Shown here: piece by piece, positions 46,118-60,525 of the stretch
Position numbering within the stretch: position 1 is the first letter of the stretch
Layout of the letters: each line of letters starts with the position of its first letter
NCBI RefSeq assembly: GCF_902459465.1
Contig: NC_047071.1
Location: 4,092,001 to 4,156,000 of the forward strand
Direction: 5' to 3'
Origin: Asterias rubens
Taxonomy: Eukaryota
Length of the DNA stretch: 64,000 nucleotides
Translations under genes and position numbers: made by a program
Notes under the pieces: model-generated
Database searches by the model: none
The model's input: the letters and a program-made list of their open reading frames with translations, nothing else
What the model was told of the DNA's origin: nothing

Positions 46118-46496
46118 AGGCAGTGGACACTATTGGTAATTACTCAAAATAATTATTAGCATAAAACCTTTCTTGGTGACGAGTAATGGGGAGAGGTTGA
46201 TGGTATAGAACATTGTGAGAAACGGCTCCCTCTGAAGTGACTTAGTTTTCAAGAAAGAAGTAATTTTCCACAAATTTGATTTTGAGACCTCAGATTTAGA
46301 ACTTGAGGTCTCGAAATCAACCATCTAAACGCACACAACTTCGTGTGACAAGGGTGTTTCTTTCTTTTACTATTATCTCGCAACTTTGATGACCGATTGA
46401 GCTCAAATTTTCACAGGTTAGTTATTTTATGCATATGTTGTAATACACCAACTGTGAAGGCTAGTCTTTGACAATTACCAATAGTGTCCACTGCCT
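46118..46496. mobile_element. Kolobok MITE family 1 (near-consensus)
   Basis: Perfect TIRs and TTAA flanks. Confidence 0.88.
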
Positions 46497-46989
46497 TTAA
46501 AGTACTATAAAGCAACTTGTTGGGCAAAACAAATGTGCTTACCAGATAAAGACACTGGACAAAATGAAATTGTGCCCTGTTGATTATATGGATAATCTAA
46601 TTAAACATACATATCAAGTGTAAACAATGCTATTTGTGATGTTCACTTGATGCATGGCAGATGTGTATAACGTAACGTATTCAATACCTATTGTACAAGT
46701 AAATAATAGAAATCGACACCATACCTTATACGTTTGGTAATCACTCTTAAAATTAATGAATGGCAACACAAACTTACTTTGTAAGAAGCCTATAACAGCT
46801 ATTGATAAAGCATTAATTGAGAAACAATTTATTTCGAAGTATAATAATGTGGTTATTCAAGTAAAAAATATATCATTTGTTATTGCCCAACATTTGAATC
46901 TGAGAATTGTTATGAGTAGGCTGCGTGGTATGAAACCGCACTTGCTGATATCGTACCCAGAACGCACTGGTATCCATCTACCCATTCCG

Positions 46990-47127
46990 GGGGTGGATTT
47001 CACAAAGAGTTAAGACTAGTCTTATCTCGAGTTACTCATCCTAACTTAGGACTAGCCATACGTTGTAAGTATCTCCTAGTACTAGTCCTAAGTTGAACTA
47101 GTCTTGACTCTTTGTGAAATCGACCCC
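46990..47127. mobile_element. Harbinger-like MITE (sister of 6717-6915, unexpanded)
   Basis: GGGGTGGATTTCACAAAGAG ... CTCTTTGTGAAATCGACCCC. Confidence 0.7.
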
Positions 47128-47844
47128 AGGCCTCGGTGTTCGCGAAATTCTCGGAATACTGCGCCCAAAAAGCCCACGATTCGTTGGTTTATACAGGCAG
47201 TGTGATGTGATATTTGGGTCAAGTTGAATATAATTTGACTGGACAAATCTTCTTTTTTTCTTCGTGCATGACACCCTTCAACCTCGTACCACAACCTTGA
47301 TTCGTTTAAAATCTCCCTTGATTCGTTTGATTGAAATGAAACTGCTTCAGGGTGGGAGTGAATTTCCTGCCACTCCATGTTGGTTTGTTGGTTCGTACAT
47401 AAAGTATGCTCTGTCTGAACTACGCCATTCGTCAATAATGTAATGACAACAAAATCACAACTAAACGTATAAAGCCACCATACCAAGTAATGTATTTTCC
47501 TTGCCTATAAACCCACATATAGATTGTGCAATCCTTGATGACTCGTGCTTTAGTGTGTTCTTGTTCAAGGCCAAACATAATTCCTGTTTGGAAATATCGT
47601 TATTTTAATAACGTATAAATAAATAAAAAGCAAGTTCTGCAAAGCAAACTATTATGACCTTCTTACACAGTGAAAAATCCATCTGCCAACCACATCCCCC
47701 CAAATTGATTTTTGTTGTAATGCTTTTCTTAGCCGTTATTTCTGCAAAAAAAAATCTGCTTAAAATCTACTGTTTTTCTTAAGAGTAAGTACAAAATATG
47801 TACCAATCTTAACTGAAAAAAAAAACTCTATAAAATCTTAACTG

Positions 47845-48210
47845 TATTTAAACTTATCTAACTATATAACCAATCACAACTGTAATTTATCTTAACTTCA
47901 ACCAATTTTAACTTTAACTTATGTAAACTATAACCAATCACAACTCTAACCTATCTAATAACTTCAACCAATTTTAACTTTAACTTCTGTAAACTATATC
48001 CAATCACAACTGTAACGTATCTATAAACTGCAACCAATTATAACTTTAACTTATGTAAACTATAACCAATCTCAACTGTAACTTATCTTAACTACATGCA
48101 TTGTATATAACCAATCTCAACGGTTACTTATTTTAACTGTAACTACTTTTAACTGTAAGTTGACTATAACTAATTTCAACTGAAACTTATCTCAACTGTA
48201 AAAAAATTTA
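47845..48210. repeat. ~66-bp G-poor minisatellite, ~5 copies
   Basis: ACTTTAACTT(A/C)TGTAAACTATA(A/T)CCAATC(A/T)CAACT recurs at 47911, 47977 and 48043. Confidence 0.8.
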
Positions 48211-50422
48211 AACTGTAGCCTGGTGGACAAATTCAATAGCTTGGTTCATGTTCTTTAAAATCAGCGCACAATAACGGTAACAATGTTTGAGTTATCTGTC
48301 CATGTGTCATTATGCTAATTTTCCAGACAAATTCAGTTAGATCCGATCGAATGAAACCTCCTCAATAGTGAAAGCATTTCAGATGAACAGATTAAAAAAA
48401 AAAAAAAAAAAAAAAATGGTTGATACAATTAAAAAAAATAGAGAATTAATGTATTTCTTATGATCATGTTTAAGTCGAAGTAAAAGTATAAAGCGAATTA
48501 TTTTCACTGATTATATCTTGGCTCATACACGACACTTTCACTTGCTAAACTTTCATGCCATTCATTTTAGAAGGACCTTGGTTGCACGCGAGCAGACCCC
48601 ATTGAGTTATGCATCAGCCTTGGGAATGCGAAACCAGTTCCTAATTCACATATACGATGACCTTGGTGCCTGGTTGACAATCTGGAATTGACATTAGGGC
48701 TGGCTGGGATCGGTCAAGTCCACATACTAAATGCAACAATTGTTGAAGTTAAAGCCTTGTTTAATCAATCCAGTGGTTTGAGGTATAGTCATGTATGCTT
48801 CCGCGACAGAGCGCCATACAAGGCTCCAATGTCCTACATGAAGACCATCCTATACTGATCGAAACGTCGAGTTGTTTGCACTGGCTCTTTTTTGAGCTCT
48901 CAGCATGCAAAGATATTCACTTAGTGCGACCGCAAAACCTCAGCATTTTCGCTTACCAAGTTTCTGCTATAAAGGGAAAACATATTGAGGTACCAGGAGT
49001 CGTACACTACACATCCGTTATGGTATTATCTCCATTTTAAACTTGACAAAAGAAATAACAACCCAAAACAAACAATGTACTTCAACACTATACACTCTTC
49101 GCTTGATCACATGATTTCTTTTTTCAATTGGATCTATGGAAGCAGGTTGTACGATATGTTATGTTCATTGAAAACTAGATGTGCATTTATTATCTCAAAA
49201 CCACTGATGTATTACAATTGTAATGGTATTTATTGTGACATGGAATTACGGTTGCTATTGTCAATTGTGTATACGGTATATACATTCAGGATTCAGTTTC
49301 AACACTTAAGCAGAGAAACATTTCTATGACCTCCATCGATTCAAAATTTCTGAACATACATAATTTTTTCCCTTCACGTTTGGACGTAATAAAAAGCATG
49401 TCTATGGCCCGAACTATCGAAAAAAGTTGCAGTGTTCAGCATTCAAACAGGCCTTGAATATTAACCAACGGCACACAGCAATTGCCGTGGTGCCCTGTGC
49501 TTTTGCTGTGGTGCCTTTTGCAAGTTTCCACATAGAAGTGCCCCTTTACCAGAGGAAATTTGCTGTGCCCGATTTGAGAGCGAAGTTGCAAATGTTAATA
49601 TCTCGATTTATTAGTTCGAAACCAAATAGTTTAATAATGTTTTGAATTATCAAGAGAACTTTACATTGACAAAGGGTCTTGTAACACTCAGAGACTAGAT
49701 CCTTGTCACTTGATTGGTCGACGCACCTCACATGTCATCCATCATTGTTGTCGTGTGCTGTGACGGCGCTCCCAATCTGATATTAGCGTCCAATGTGGAT
49801 AATTATTGGACGTTTCGCAGCGTCGTTCCCAAAACAATCGTTCCCCGACCTTTTGTCCAAACGAGGATTGTATCACGGGGACAAGGTTGGTGTCTACATG
49901 GAGTCGTCCACGTGATTTAGAAGAATTTTATGTTCGAATCATTAAAAAAAAATTTGAATGCATACGGTCGTGCATTTTCACAAAATAATCACTTAAAATG
50001 GAATAGTCTTCCTTGAAATGGAATAGCCCAGATTTCACATAGGTATTATATTCTGCAACGATGCACGCATTAGCATACAGTATAGGTATGATAGTGTATG
50101 AGGTTGCTGTACTCATATGCCCTTGACTGAAAGTATGCCATTAAAAGGCTCAAACGCATAACCAACAACCAACCAACGAACAAAGTACAAAAACTAACAA
50201 AAGACAAACAAACCAAAAGTATAACTTTGTAGAGGCTTTGTTATCTGTTTATGTAAAGCCATGCGGTCCACACATGTTAAACAGTGTCGTATCCACCACC
50301 ACCCCCCACCCCCACCCCAGGAGTCCCATGCAAAATCCCCTGTCTGGGGGTTACTTGTTACGTCTGCAACCCACTTCTCAAAACCGCTCCACGTTGTCAA
50401 CGATAGGCGGAGTGAACTTAAT

Positions 50423-50490
50423 AGCACCGTGGCCAAGTACTTGGACGGCTAGTCTTGCAATCGAAGGTTGTGGGTTCGAATCCGGACCCA
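50423..50490 (+). mobile_element. tRNA-derived SINE head (degenerate)
   Basis: GCACCGTGGCCAAGTACTTGG...GGTTGTGGGTTCGAATCC. Confidence 0.45.
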
Positions 50491-50673
50491 TCTATCTTCT
50501 GATTTCACAGTTTCTACGTTACAATAAGTATCTTTTACTTCCTATGTTACTGAAATACATTTGTTCTTGTTTTGTGTAACTCATAATCATAATATAGACG
50601 TTAAACCAATGTTTGTCTGACTCAGAGATAAGCTATCTCCTTCTGGGAGCTAAACCGCCCTTGTTGTGAAGGT

Positions 50674-50834
50674 NNNNNNNNNNNNNNNNNNNNNNNNNNN
50701 NNNNNNNNNNNNNNNNNNNNNNNNNNNNNNNNNNNNNNNNNNNNNNNNNNNNNNNNNNNNNNNNNNNNNNNNNNNNNNNNNNNNNNNNNNNNNNNNNNNN
50801 NNNNNNNNNNNNNNNNNNNNNNNNNNNNNNNNNN
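50674..50834. other. Assembly gap (161 N)
   Basis: Run of N bases. Confidence 1.
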
Positions 50835-51760
50835 TCTGGCAATCTGTATAGTAGTTTAAATTCACACTTTGTTACATTCATGATAAATCCTGCTTCACGC
50901 ACCTACATTTAGCAGGCGCCACAAGGCTTAAAATACTTTGTGTGTTTGTGCTAAGATTTTTATATAGCAAACTCTCAGATGTATTGAAACATAATACTCA
51001 CCATTCTTTGTAATTTGCCTGAGAGAGATCTATACATTCTTATGTTGTAGGAGTCAATGCACTTCATGCGGTTGGTTTTTTTTGTCATCAAGACTGAATG
51101 GCGTCCTATTATGTGACAACTATAATGTGCCATTTCACCACCAACATAGACCCATCAAGGTCAGGGAACAGTGTGACTCTTTCATCCTATGGGTAAATGT
51201 CTCTCATGGATTAAAGACATATTCGTCGCGTCAGTTGTAACCATTTCACATTATTTAATAAATTCAATTGTTCAATCCCCAAAAACCAATTTCAATCACA
51301 ACTATTTTCAAGTATAAAATCAGCTTGAACAGTAAAAAAAAAACATCGAAAGATCACTGGTGGTAAAATTCACAGCTGGATAAACCAAACTTCCAAAGGA
51401 ATATTTTTATCTGAAGTTTTGTGAACATGTGAACTTGTATGTTTCGATTTCATGACTCGAATTAGTCTAAGCCTAAAATAAACGTGCAGAAAATCACTGA
51501 AAATGAATGATTTTCGGATTGTTTTTTTTTCTCACTCGAACTGACACCACACTTCAAGGGTTGGTTGCGGATGCGTTTGGTATTGAAAAGCTATGAGGGT
51601 GTAAAATAAAAAATATCTACTTCTTTTCATGTATGTGACCACATCACTTCGAAATTTCCTCTTCCGAGTATAAAGTTCTTCAAGGGTAAAACCCTTTTCT
51701 ATTATAAGTATAGGAAGTGGATGTCGCTGTCCCATGAGCTCTATAGTGCGTGTTGATTAA

Positions 51761-52129
51761 AGTGGGCACTAATGGTTATTGTAAAAGACCAGTCTTCTCA
51801 CTTGGTAACGCAGCATATACACAAATAACAAACCTGTGAAAAGTTGAGCTCATCGGTTACGTCGTCGAAGTTGCGAGAAAATATTGAAAGAAAAAACACC
51901 CTAGTCACATGAAGTTGTGTGCTTTCAGATGCTTGATTTCGAGACCTCAAATTCTAAATCTGAGGTCTCGAAATCAAATTCGTGGAATATTACTTCTTTC
52001 TCGAAAACCATGTTACTTCAGATGGAGCCATTTCTCATTTCTCATACTATCAACAGCTCCCCATTACTCGTTATCAAGGTTTTAATGCTAATAACTATTT
52101 TGAGTAATTACCAATGGTGTCCACTGCCT
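51761..52129. mobile_element. Kolobok MITE family 1 (diverged left TIR)
   Basis: Consensus body; ends GTGTCCACTGCCT|TTAA. Confidence 0.8.
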
Positions 52130-53061
52130 TTAAGATTAGCATCATGTTTCATTTGATATCACCCTGTACCTTTTCATTAACAACATTTATAAACATTTTG
52201 AAAACAAAAAATATCTTTAAGAGAACAAATCTAAGAAAGGGTTAGTGTGAACACATGGAAGCATCTTTAAGATTATGGCAAGATGGTATGAACACATGCT
52301 CAAAGTGCAGCTGTTAAGTTCCTGCCAAATCTGAGGAAATTATCAGTAAATTTTGTTGTGACAAAAAATGGATGTGCGCATTTTCGTCAAATAGTTTGGC
52401 TCAAAAGAAAATGTGGAAATGCGTTTTTTTTTCTGTTTTTTTTTCTGTAGTCTCCCCCCCCAAAAAAAAAAAGAGCAAACAAAAACAGACAAATGCATTC
52501 TGGATGTCACTACTGATTTTTTTACTGATCATTATGTTCACATTTCAGAAGAGAAAAAATATATTTTAACTGTCACTACTTTTAATCAATATAAATGAAG
52601 AATAAGAAAAACAAATACTTTTTATGTTTTCGAACTCACGATGTACCGACCCAAACCTTTTGCGACTTAACAACAGCTTCACAAAAAAAAACATCATTGG
52701 AGATTGATAGGTTTTCAAGAAAATAATGTGACAAGTTATAAGTCTCATCAACATTCAAGCATTTTCCCTTGAATTGTGTACGTCTGCCTAAAAACTAATA
52801 AGTAGACTCAATGATTAATAGATCCCAATTCCAGAATATGGTTTCAAATTCACAATATCGATTACTGTTCTAAGACATCAGCAATACATCCAACTCGAAT
52901 GGTTTTCATACACTTCCCGCATCCCCCAGCCCAATCACTACTCCCCCCCACCCCCCCCCCCCCCCCCCCACCGCAAAAGGGAAGGGTATAATATAAGACC
53001 AGCTGATTACACATTTATACTTTTAAAATCATATTTTTCCCAACTAACATTTGCTAAAAGC

Positions 53062-53180
53062 TAAAGGTCGTGGGTTCGAATCCCACCAAAATATGCCAGT
53101 GGTTTTTGTTTCACAGAGCTCGGGAAAGTACTGATTTTACACACATCGGTGTAAGGGTAAAACCAAAATTAATATTCATT
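53062..53180 (+). mobile_element. SINE fragment (B-box plus body)
   Basis: GGTCGTGGGTTCGAATCCCACC...AGCTCGGGAAAGTACTGA..ACACACATCGGTGTA..AAAACCAAAATTAAT. Confidence 0.55.
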
Positions 53181-56100
53181 ATTCATGATGCAAATTTCCA
53201 TCTGGTAAATTTGTCATAATTCGTCATGAAGAAATATTGGCTGGGTGATTTGACCCCTGGTATTATGGACTGCCATCATCGGGTGAGATATTTAACCTTG
53301 GCGTAGAGTGGTGACCAGTTGTGTATCATTCCAATAGACACCGATGCACTATTAAAATGGCTCCAAACACACCATCTAGAATAGATGGGCACTTATATGG
53401 CTCCAACCTAATCGGTCATTAAAGGTGACAAATTCTTGATTGGAAATCGTGAGTTTTCTCCCAGGGGAGTTGAGCAATGGCGTCATCATAGATCAAGATC
53501 TTTGCACTGTGGCTATGGCGTGTAATGAGTGTATGGCGCCCAAACACCCCAACTGCATCCTTCAAACCGCACGAGTATAAAGTCAACTTGATCTTTAGCA
53601 TATTATGTGTTCACACTTTATTGTACTATTGATGTCGTAGTCTGGCCCCTAAATAATCCATTTGCACAGTTTGATTAATGTTGTTGTTATAAGGGACCAT
53701 TCAGGATAGTCAATTATTTAAATTACATATAATACATTATATTAACAAACGAAAAAGACTTCCCTAAAATAAAAGGGCCACTAAAGCCAAAATGCTAACA
53801 GTCTGAAACTGTTGAATTGCTTGTTCATTTTCAGGGTTTTCATACCAACACTTGAATAAATAACTTGGGATAAAGCACCAGACTAAACCCTTTCCCTCAG
53901 CCTCGGCTTAGTGACATTCTCTAAAACAAAAAAGCAAGATTATTTCACCAGTCAGAATACAATCATTGTCAAGGTAATCGAAACGTGTAATTGAGTCACA
54001 AACGTTTTTTTTTTTTTTTTTTTTTACATTTTCAATTCTTTAAATGTAAACAGGCTTGTACAGACCTACTTTTGTTTCGTGAAACCTTCAAGAAACAAAA
54101 TTGCTCCGAAGGTTCTAGGAAATAAATTTAAACAAATGTCATGTGCCCGTGCGTTGTATATAGACGTGTACTGTTCATCGTATTTGGTGATCCCATGGAT
54201 TACACGATTTTACCGTTATGAAATTAATTCATTCAGTTATATAGAGTAGGATTTAAGCATAGTGTCGGTAAGGACGAGTTTATCGAGCATCGTGTATTGT
54301 CAGATTCAGTACCGGACACAGCGCCTTCCCCACCGCCCAGCAATCGATAGCAAACTCCAAACCCAATCAAAGCACCAATAACCATGTACTTTAAGCTAGC
54401 GTTATTATGAACTTTCAGGCACAGAATGTCATGTGCATTGGGTGGGAGGAGAGATCACATTATTGGGCTGTGTGAAGCGTTTGCTCATTCATGGGTTGGG
54501 TTAATTAAGTGACTGACCGTGCTGCCATCTTGAAATCAATTACGTTCACACGAGCTTTTAAAATACCAGGGATGAGAGTCATTGCTGACAAAAACGTATG
54601 CAATTATGATCCAAGTTTTAGGATGTATGCTACCACGATCACTGTCTACTGTGGTTAATTACTTCAATAAGCTGCTGTGAACAGTATCCAAAACGCATAA
54701 AGGCGCATTTGTTTTTAATCTTTAGAAAATAGCAATTTTGTTTCCACCAGGCATATTTTTTAGAAGAACTACATGTATAAGGAGCAAGTTTGGGTGAGGG
54801 ACTAGACTTGACCAGAAACTGTGACGTAGCTCTTGAGTTGACCATAGTCGACCATGCACCAGTGCATGTTTCGATATAGTAAATCTCCCTGTGCTCTATG
54901 GTTTCTGGTTTGTCTATTACAGCCGGTGTAGACAATTTTAAAGTCTCGTCGCGCACCCAATAATGTAACTCCATATTTTGATTCAACATAGACTAACTCG
55001 GCAACAGATTGGGCGGATTTCTTTTAGTCTGTCCAGAATATTAATTTTACTTTATCATGATCAATCAATATTATACAATTGATGCAACGCCAACATTTTA
55101 CATCATCCCGTATAGAATCGTCCCTGGCCACTAATTAGAAGAGAGAAAAAAATTAAACAAAATTCAGTAATTTTCATTTACTTTAAAGTGCAACTACCCT
55201 GCATTATGATTGATTGACGATTGCCTGGAGCGCCTATAGCAGTAGAGAGTAACGGGCCACAACAGCAGCGTGGCTGGGATAAGCCAGGCACCGTGGGGTC
55301 GCGCCGTGGGCCGGGTGACTCAAACTGCCTGTGGTTGTCTCACTCCCATCCACAGTGACGTGTCGGTTTATTAATATCATAAAAACTCTAGTTAAAATAC
55401 TGCAAATGTTTTCTAAAGCTATATGCAAATGAGTTGTTTACACCGATTCCCATTAACGATCTAGTATAATGATGATAATATTATCCATGGAAAGTCAACT
55501 GACAAACCCAGAATTTTTTTGAAGTTATTTCCTCCATAATAAATGAATATATTTATTTCTCTAACTCTTTTGTTTACAAATATTTTTTCTGAAGTGATTG
55601 GGTGTCAGAACCACGAGTTCTCTTGGAATACTCTTAAATTACAAAGATTTAAATTCAAATCTTTGTAATTTAGAGTGTAGTCAATAATCATACAAAATAA
55701 TCTTATGACCCGTTATTTTGTGAACAATAAAATTTAACTTAAATTCAACAACATCACAGACATTCCCATCAGGGTCTCAGATAAAATTCACAAATAGAGT
55801 TTGCATAATTTGTGCTTAGCCGTATAAACCCATTAACGGCTCCTCTCTGAAGCTCAAAGGGATCGATTTAATTAGATGCAAATTCGAAGTTGTTATTGAG
55901 GCGTGACCACATTTTACTGCGATTCATTTGGCAGGATGGATCGGTTCGGAACTTGGCCATGGGTTCCTGATCCTAGTCCAATAACTGTCTTACTCATTTG
56001 CATCAATTATAAACTGAAAGGCAAAAAACACATTTTGGTGACGTGTATACTGATCTACATACCTTACAATCCGTGAGAAAAATGTTCAATCGTAAACATA

Positions 56101-58626
56101 ATATTTTTATTTGATCGGACTTATTTGGCAAACTACATAGATAAATACATGCTAATACACAAAATAGACAAAGTACACAGAGAGCAGCGAGAAAAAACAA
56201 ATCTGTCGAGGATAACACCAAAAAAGCCAAAGACTTATTTCTATCAGAGTAAAAACAAAAACCAAGGACGAAACATGTTAAAAGACCTCTCAATTAGTGA
56301 CAGTTGGGTTACACCAATTGAGTTATCCTTGTTATGAGCATGCACAAAATCTCCCACAAAACGCTAAACAATCTGGTGTTGTTTTCACCAAAAGTCCAGA
56401 ACGATCATCAATTTAACAGCTGGTATATTCATTGAAAACAAGTAGATGAAATTACTTTAATCTGTCAGAATCGAGAGATGTACTATCATATTCAAAATAT
56501 GATTGTATTTATATGGATATCTTAAGCCCACCAGGATTACACACATAAACATAACTTGGACAACACAATCCCACCCGAAGTGTCAAAATCTGCAAATTGG
56601 ATTAACTTTAGTCTGATTATCCTATATGTGATCAAAACATAATGTGACGTGAAGCAACGTATATCTGGCTGTGCGTCCGCCATTTTGAATCCCGTGACGG
56701 AAGCAAAACACGGCACTATTTGGCGCTGATCAGGAGCGGGTTTAGATCAGTGGGTTGGGGTTATTATAGGGAGGCAGGTCATAACCCTAACCTCACCGTC
56801 ATAACCAAGCGTCTGAATGATGCTGCTTTGCTCATATCATTACAGATCGAACTGTATTCTAGGTTCGAGAAGAAAACAAATCCTCTAAAAAGCTATATTT
56901 TTTTAACACTTATTCATAATGCATGCAGTCGCAATTTGGCCTAATTAGTGATATTATTTATACTTAAAAACTATTTTGTGCTATTTGTTATCAACGAAGA
57001 TGAACTTCATTCAATTTGATTGGATTTTAATTATAATAAGCAGGCATAAATAAGAAAGGCCTTCTCGACTACTATAATCTAAATTTGTAAGCAAGTTTTT
57101 GTGCTTACCATGAGGCATGGAATTGGGTCCCGATGCTCTGATTATCTGTAGCTTTGGCGGAAAAATGCCTCCAAGCACACACACAAAATATACACTGGTT
57201 ATTTCATTTCCATGTTTTCTTTAACCTTGGAACTGCAAACCATGGAGGAAGCCTGGACGAAACATGTGCATATTCACTCAGATGGTTTAGAACTTGGTCA
57301 ATGTCGTTGTAATACCATCAACCATGGCTCCACAGCTACAGTAGACAGGCCCAGCGAATTCCGTTTGGGTCGGCACTAATGGTTTAAAAACATGCTCAGG
57401 TTCGATACGAAGCTTTCGCGATACACAGAACCATGACCGTGCTAATGTGGAAATAACACTGTACATATTGTAGGCCCAAACCCTTCTTATAAATGCAGCT
57501 ATCTGTCTCGTCTCTCCCCGAATAAAACCTTACCGAAAGTCAAGTTTGGACCTTGAAATATGTATACAGTAATGCGTTATCAATCAGAATAGTGGTCAGG
57601 ATTTAAACCAGCCGAACCCAAAAAGCAAATTGTTGCAAAACCGTGCCATTATTCGGCAAAAGTGTTTGTTCATCATTCAATATGATTCTAATAACATTAT
57701 AGCGTAAAATATATTCAGCAGAATTCAAAGTGAATAATTATGTTATTATATAAACAGCATTTTGTTTTTTGCAATAAGATTAGTACTGCTATTGGTTCGG
57801 TGTGTCAATGCTACATACGAAGTGTACAGCTGAGAACAATCGAAATGGACTTGATACACTATGTGGACCTGCACGCGTCCACACAGTGTTATTACCAGTG
57901 TTTAAGAATAGGATTTGATCTGGTATAGCATAGCTCTACGGGTAATCTACAATAAGAAATTCACATTTCAGTTTGCTCGTCATTTTCTTGTGGATTGTGA
58001 CTCGTCTCTTGTGCTGTCAAAGTGTGTATTCAGTGCAGTTGGTTGCCTCTAAGTTTCCTAAAAACTTGCCCACCGTGTCATGTTGGAACTATTTTTTTCT
58101 TCTTCGATAATTACCAGAAGTCCAAGTGTTTTGTCGCTAACCAATCACTGAGTTGACGGCGGAAGGCGTCTAATCTCCAGACGTCGATCGATAGATCAAG
58201 TATAACCGGTAACCAATCGGATTAATATAAGTTATTTCCCGCGTAGCACCAACCTATCAAGCAGGCCTTTGACCCTTGGGATGAGCCAACGCATCTTAGG
58301 TCTTTCAGATCACTAATTTAGGATGTCAAGTCATTACCAATAGAGACAGTGGTTATGCCTTTAAAAGTTCCATGCGCTCTGATGAAAAGAAGAATTGCAA
58401 CTATTTTCTAAGTAAATTCGAGATTCGAGAAAGCTGATTTTTAATTATGTTATTGTATGGTTATATATTTTTTATTTTGATGAAAACTTTCTCTTGCATC
58501 TGAAGGCACACAATTTTATGCAACAAGGGTGTGGGTTTTTACTGTTTCTTGGTTTTTTTTCGCTCATTACTTTTTCGTAACATCAATGGCCAATATTGAG
58601 CACACATTTTCACATTTTCTTTTTAA

Positions 58627-59001
58627 AGACAGTGGACACTATTGGTAATTGTCAAAGACCAGTCTTCTCACTTGGTGCATCTCAACATATGCATAAAATA
58701 ACAAACCTGTGAAAATTTGAGCTCAATCGGTCGCAGAAGTTGCGCGATAATAATGAAAGAAAAAACACCCTTGTCACACGAAGTTGTGTGCTTTCTGATG
58801 CTTGATTTCGAGACCTCAAGTTCTAAATTAGAGGTCTCGAAATCAAATTCGTGGAAAATTACTTCTTTCTCGAAAACTACGTCACTTCAGAGGGAGCTGT
58901 TTCTCACAATGTTTTATATCAACCTCTCCCCATTACTCGTAATCAAGAAAGGTTTTACGATGATAATTATTTTGAGTAATTACCAATAGTGTCCACTGCC
59001 T
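58627..59001. mobile_element. Kolobok MITE family 1, preceded by a degenerate relative (~58330-58620)
   Basis: TIRs and TTAA flanks. Confidence 0.85.
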
Positions 59002-59372
59002 TTAAGTATCAGGATGCACCAAGTGAAGATAGTGGTCTTTAACAATACCAATAAAACGAAAGTTACTCGTTCGTTATATAGCTTCACGTTATATACTTTC
59101 ATTGTGAAAAAGTCGCGCCATTTTGGGGAAGGGCGGGAAACGCTTGGCGTGCTTTTTATACATTATTGAATTACCAGCTGTTCTAAACAGTTTTGCAACA
59201 CAAGATGGCGGAACTATGATGGCAGAACAATTAACCTTTTCAACTGTCCTTGAAATAATATACGCGCGTTCCACTTAAAATAATTACCAAATCGAAATGA
59301 AACTATTGTAGATTGTGATACCAGTTCATTTTTATTAAAAGACAAATCTGTGGTTTTCTGCTAGGTGAGATC

Positions 59373-59573
59373 GGAGCCCAATTTCATAAAGCCTGATGTG
59401 TAAGCACGAAAACTTGCTAAGCACAATAAGGTATTGCTGACAGAAAGAGGTTACCGGCAAAAAATAACATTACCTTTACACTTCTTGTAGGGACTGGTGC
59501 CCCATCCAGTTTTTGCTTAGCAAAGACGTTTTGTCGAGCAAGATATTTTTTCTGCTTAATGAAATTGGGCCCT
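59373..59573. mobile_element. Harbinger-like MITE
   Basis: GAGCCCAATTTCATAAAG ... TTAATGAAATTGGGCCC. Confidence 0.6.
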
Positions 59574-60276
59574 GATCATCTTTAAAATGGACTTAATTTA
59601 AATCTGCGTCGTGCACACAGAATCACAAGAGCACATTACTGCATGACTTGTTGTGTATTTGAGATATTCTTGCCAGACAACCAGGAGTAACATTCCTAGC
59701 TCGGACTGCCCAGGTTGGACCTATACAACAGGTCTTCGCTGTCCCGGACTCTTGAGCCTATGTTTGGGATCAAAAGGGGGAAACTATTCCTGGTCCGGAT
59801 TTCTTTGATTGACCTATAGTGATGAGGGGTATGCTGTCCCGTAAATATTTGGATATATCACTCATTATTGTTCCAACTGTTTTTCATACTGCGTGCCTTT
59901 TTGAAATTAAGTCACTGTGCCTTAGCTCCGGCTTATAAACTCCGTCAGTTACTTTGAAAACGTGTGCTTTTTGAACGGAGCTTCAAACAGCCAGACGGAG
60001 CTTCAGCTAAAGCCCGACAAGAAAAACGTGGTTTCGAAAAGGGCCAAAGAAATAATTGCACCAGCTGTAATAAAGGTTGGCCTTGTACTGGCGTGAGAGG
60101 CTCAGACGGTTACATAACTTGGTCTCAAATTCTGTGAAGCGAATCTGGTGTCAATTTTAGAAAAGTAAAGAGTGTAATACAGATATAGTATACGGAAAAT
60201 AGTCAACCAAAGTGAGGTTGGTATAGAACATAGTCAGGTCCCTGTATATGGAAGAGTTTTTGTATCCTTCACTTTC

Positions 60277-60525
60277 CACTCTCTAAATGTAAAAGAGTGA
60301 AAAACACCACTCTTTACATTTCGAGCTGTCCCTCATAAATAATGGCTCTTCAAAAAGAGTGGTGGTTATTTCAATCTTTTAGAGGGGTTTCACTCCAGGA
60401 CAGAGTGAAAAATCACTCCAAAAGATGCAAAATTCAATCTAAAAGAGTAGAAGACCAGTCGAAAAGAGTTGTCCTTCATATGGCTCGTCAAAGAGTGCTT
60501 TTTCACTCTTTTACATTAAGAGAGC
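60277..60525. mobile_element. CACTA/EnSpm-like MITE (opposite orientation)
   Basis: CACTCTCTAAATGTAAAAGAGTG ... CACTCTTTTACATTAAGAGAG. Confidence 0.7.

Noticed and set aside
50633-50902. ORFs containing X runs
   Set aside because: Artefacts of the N gap.
54639-54989. 116-aa minus-strand ORF
   Set aside because: No recognisable domain or splice support.
744-59001. Recurrent ORFs such as MSSIGRRSCEI.., MRDNN.. and MVDFETSSSKSEVSK..
   Set aside because: These are chance reading frames of the multicopy Kolobok MITE, with variable stops and frameshifts between copies.
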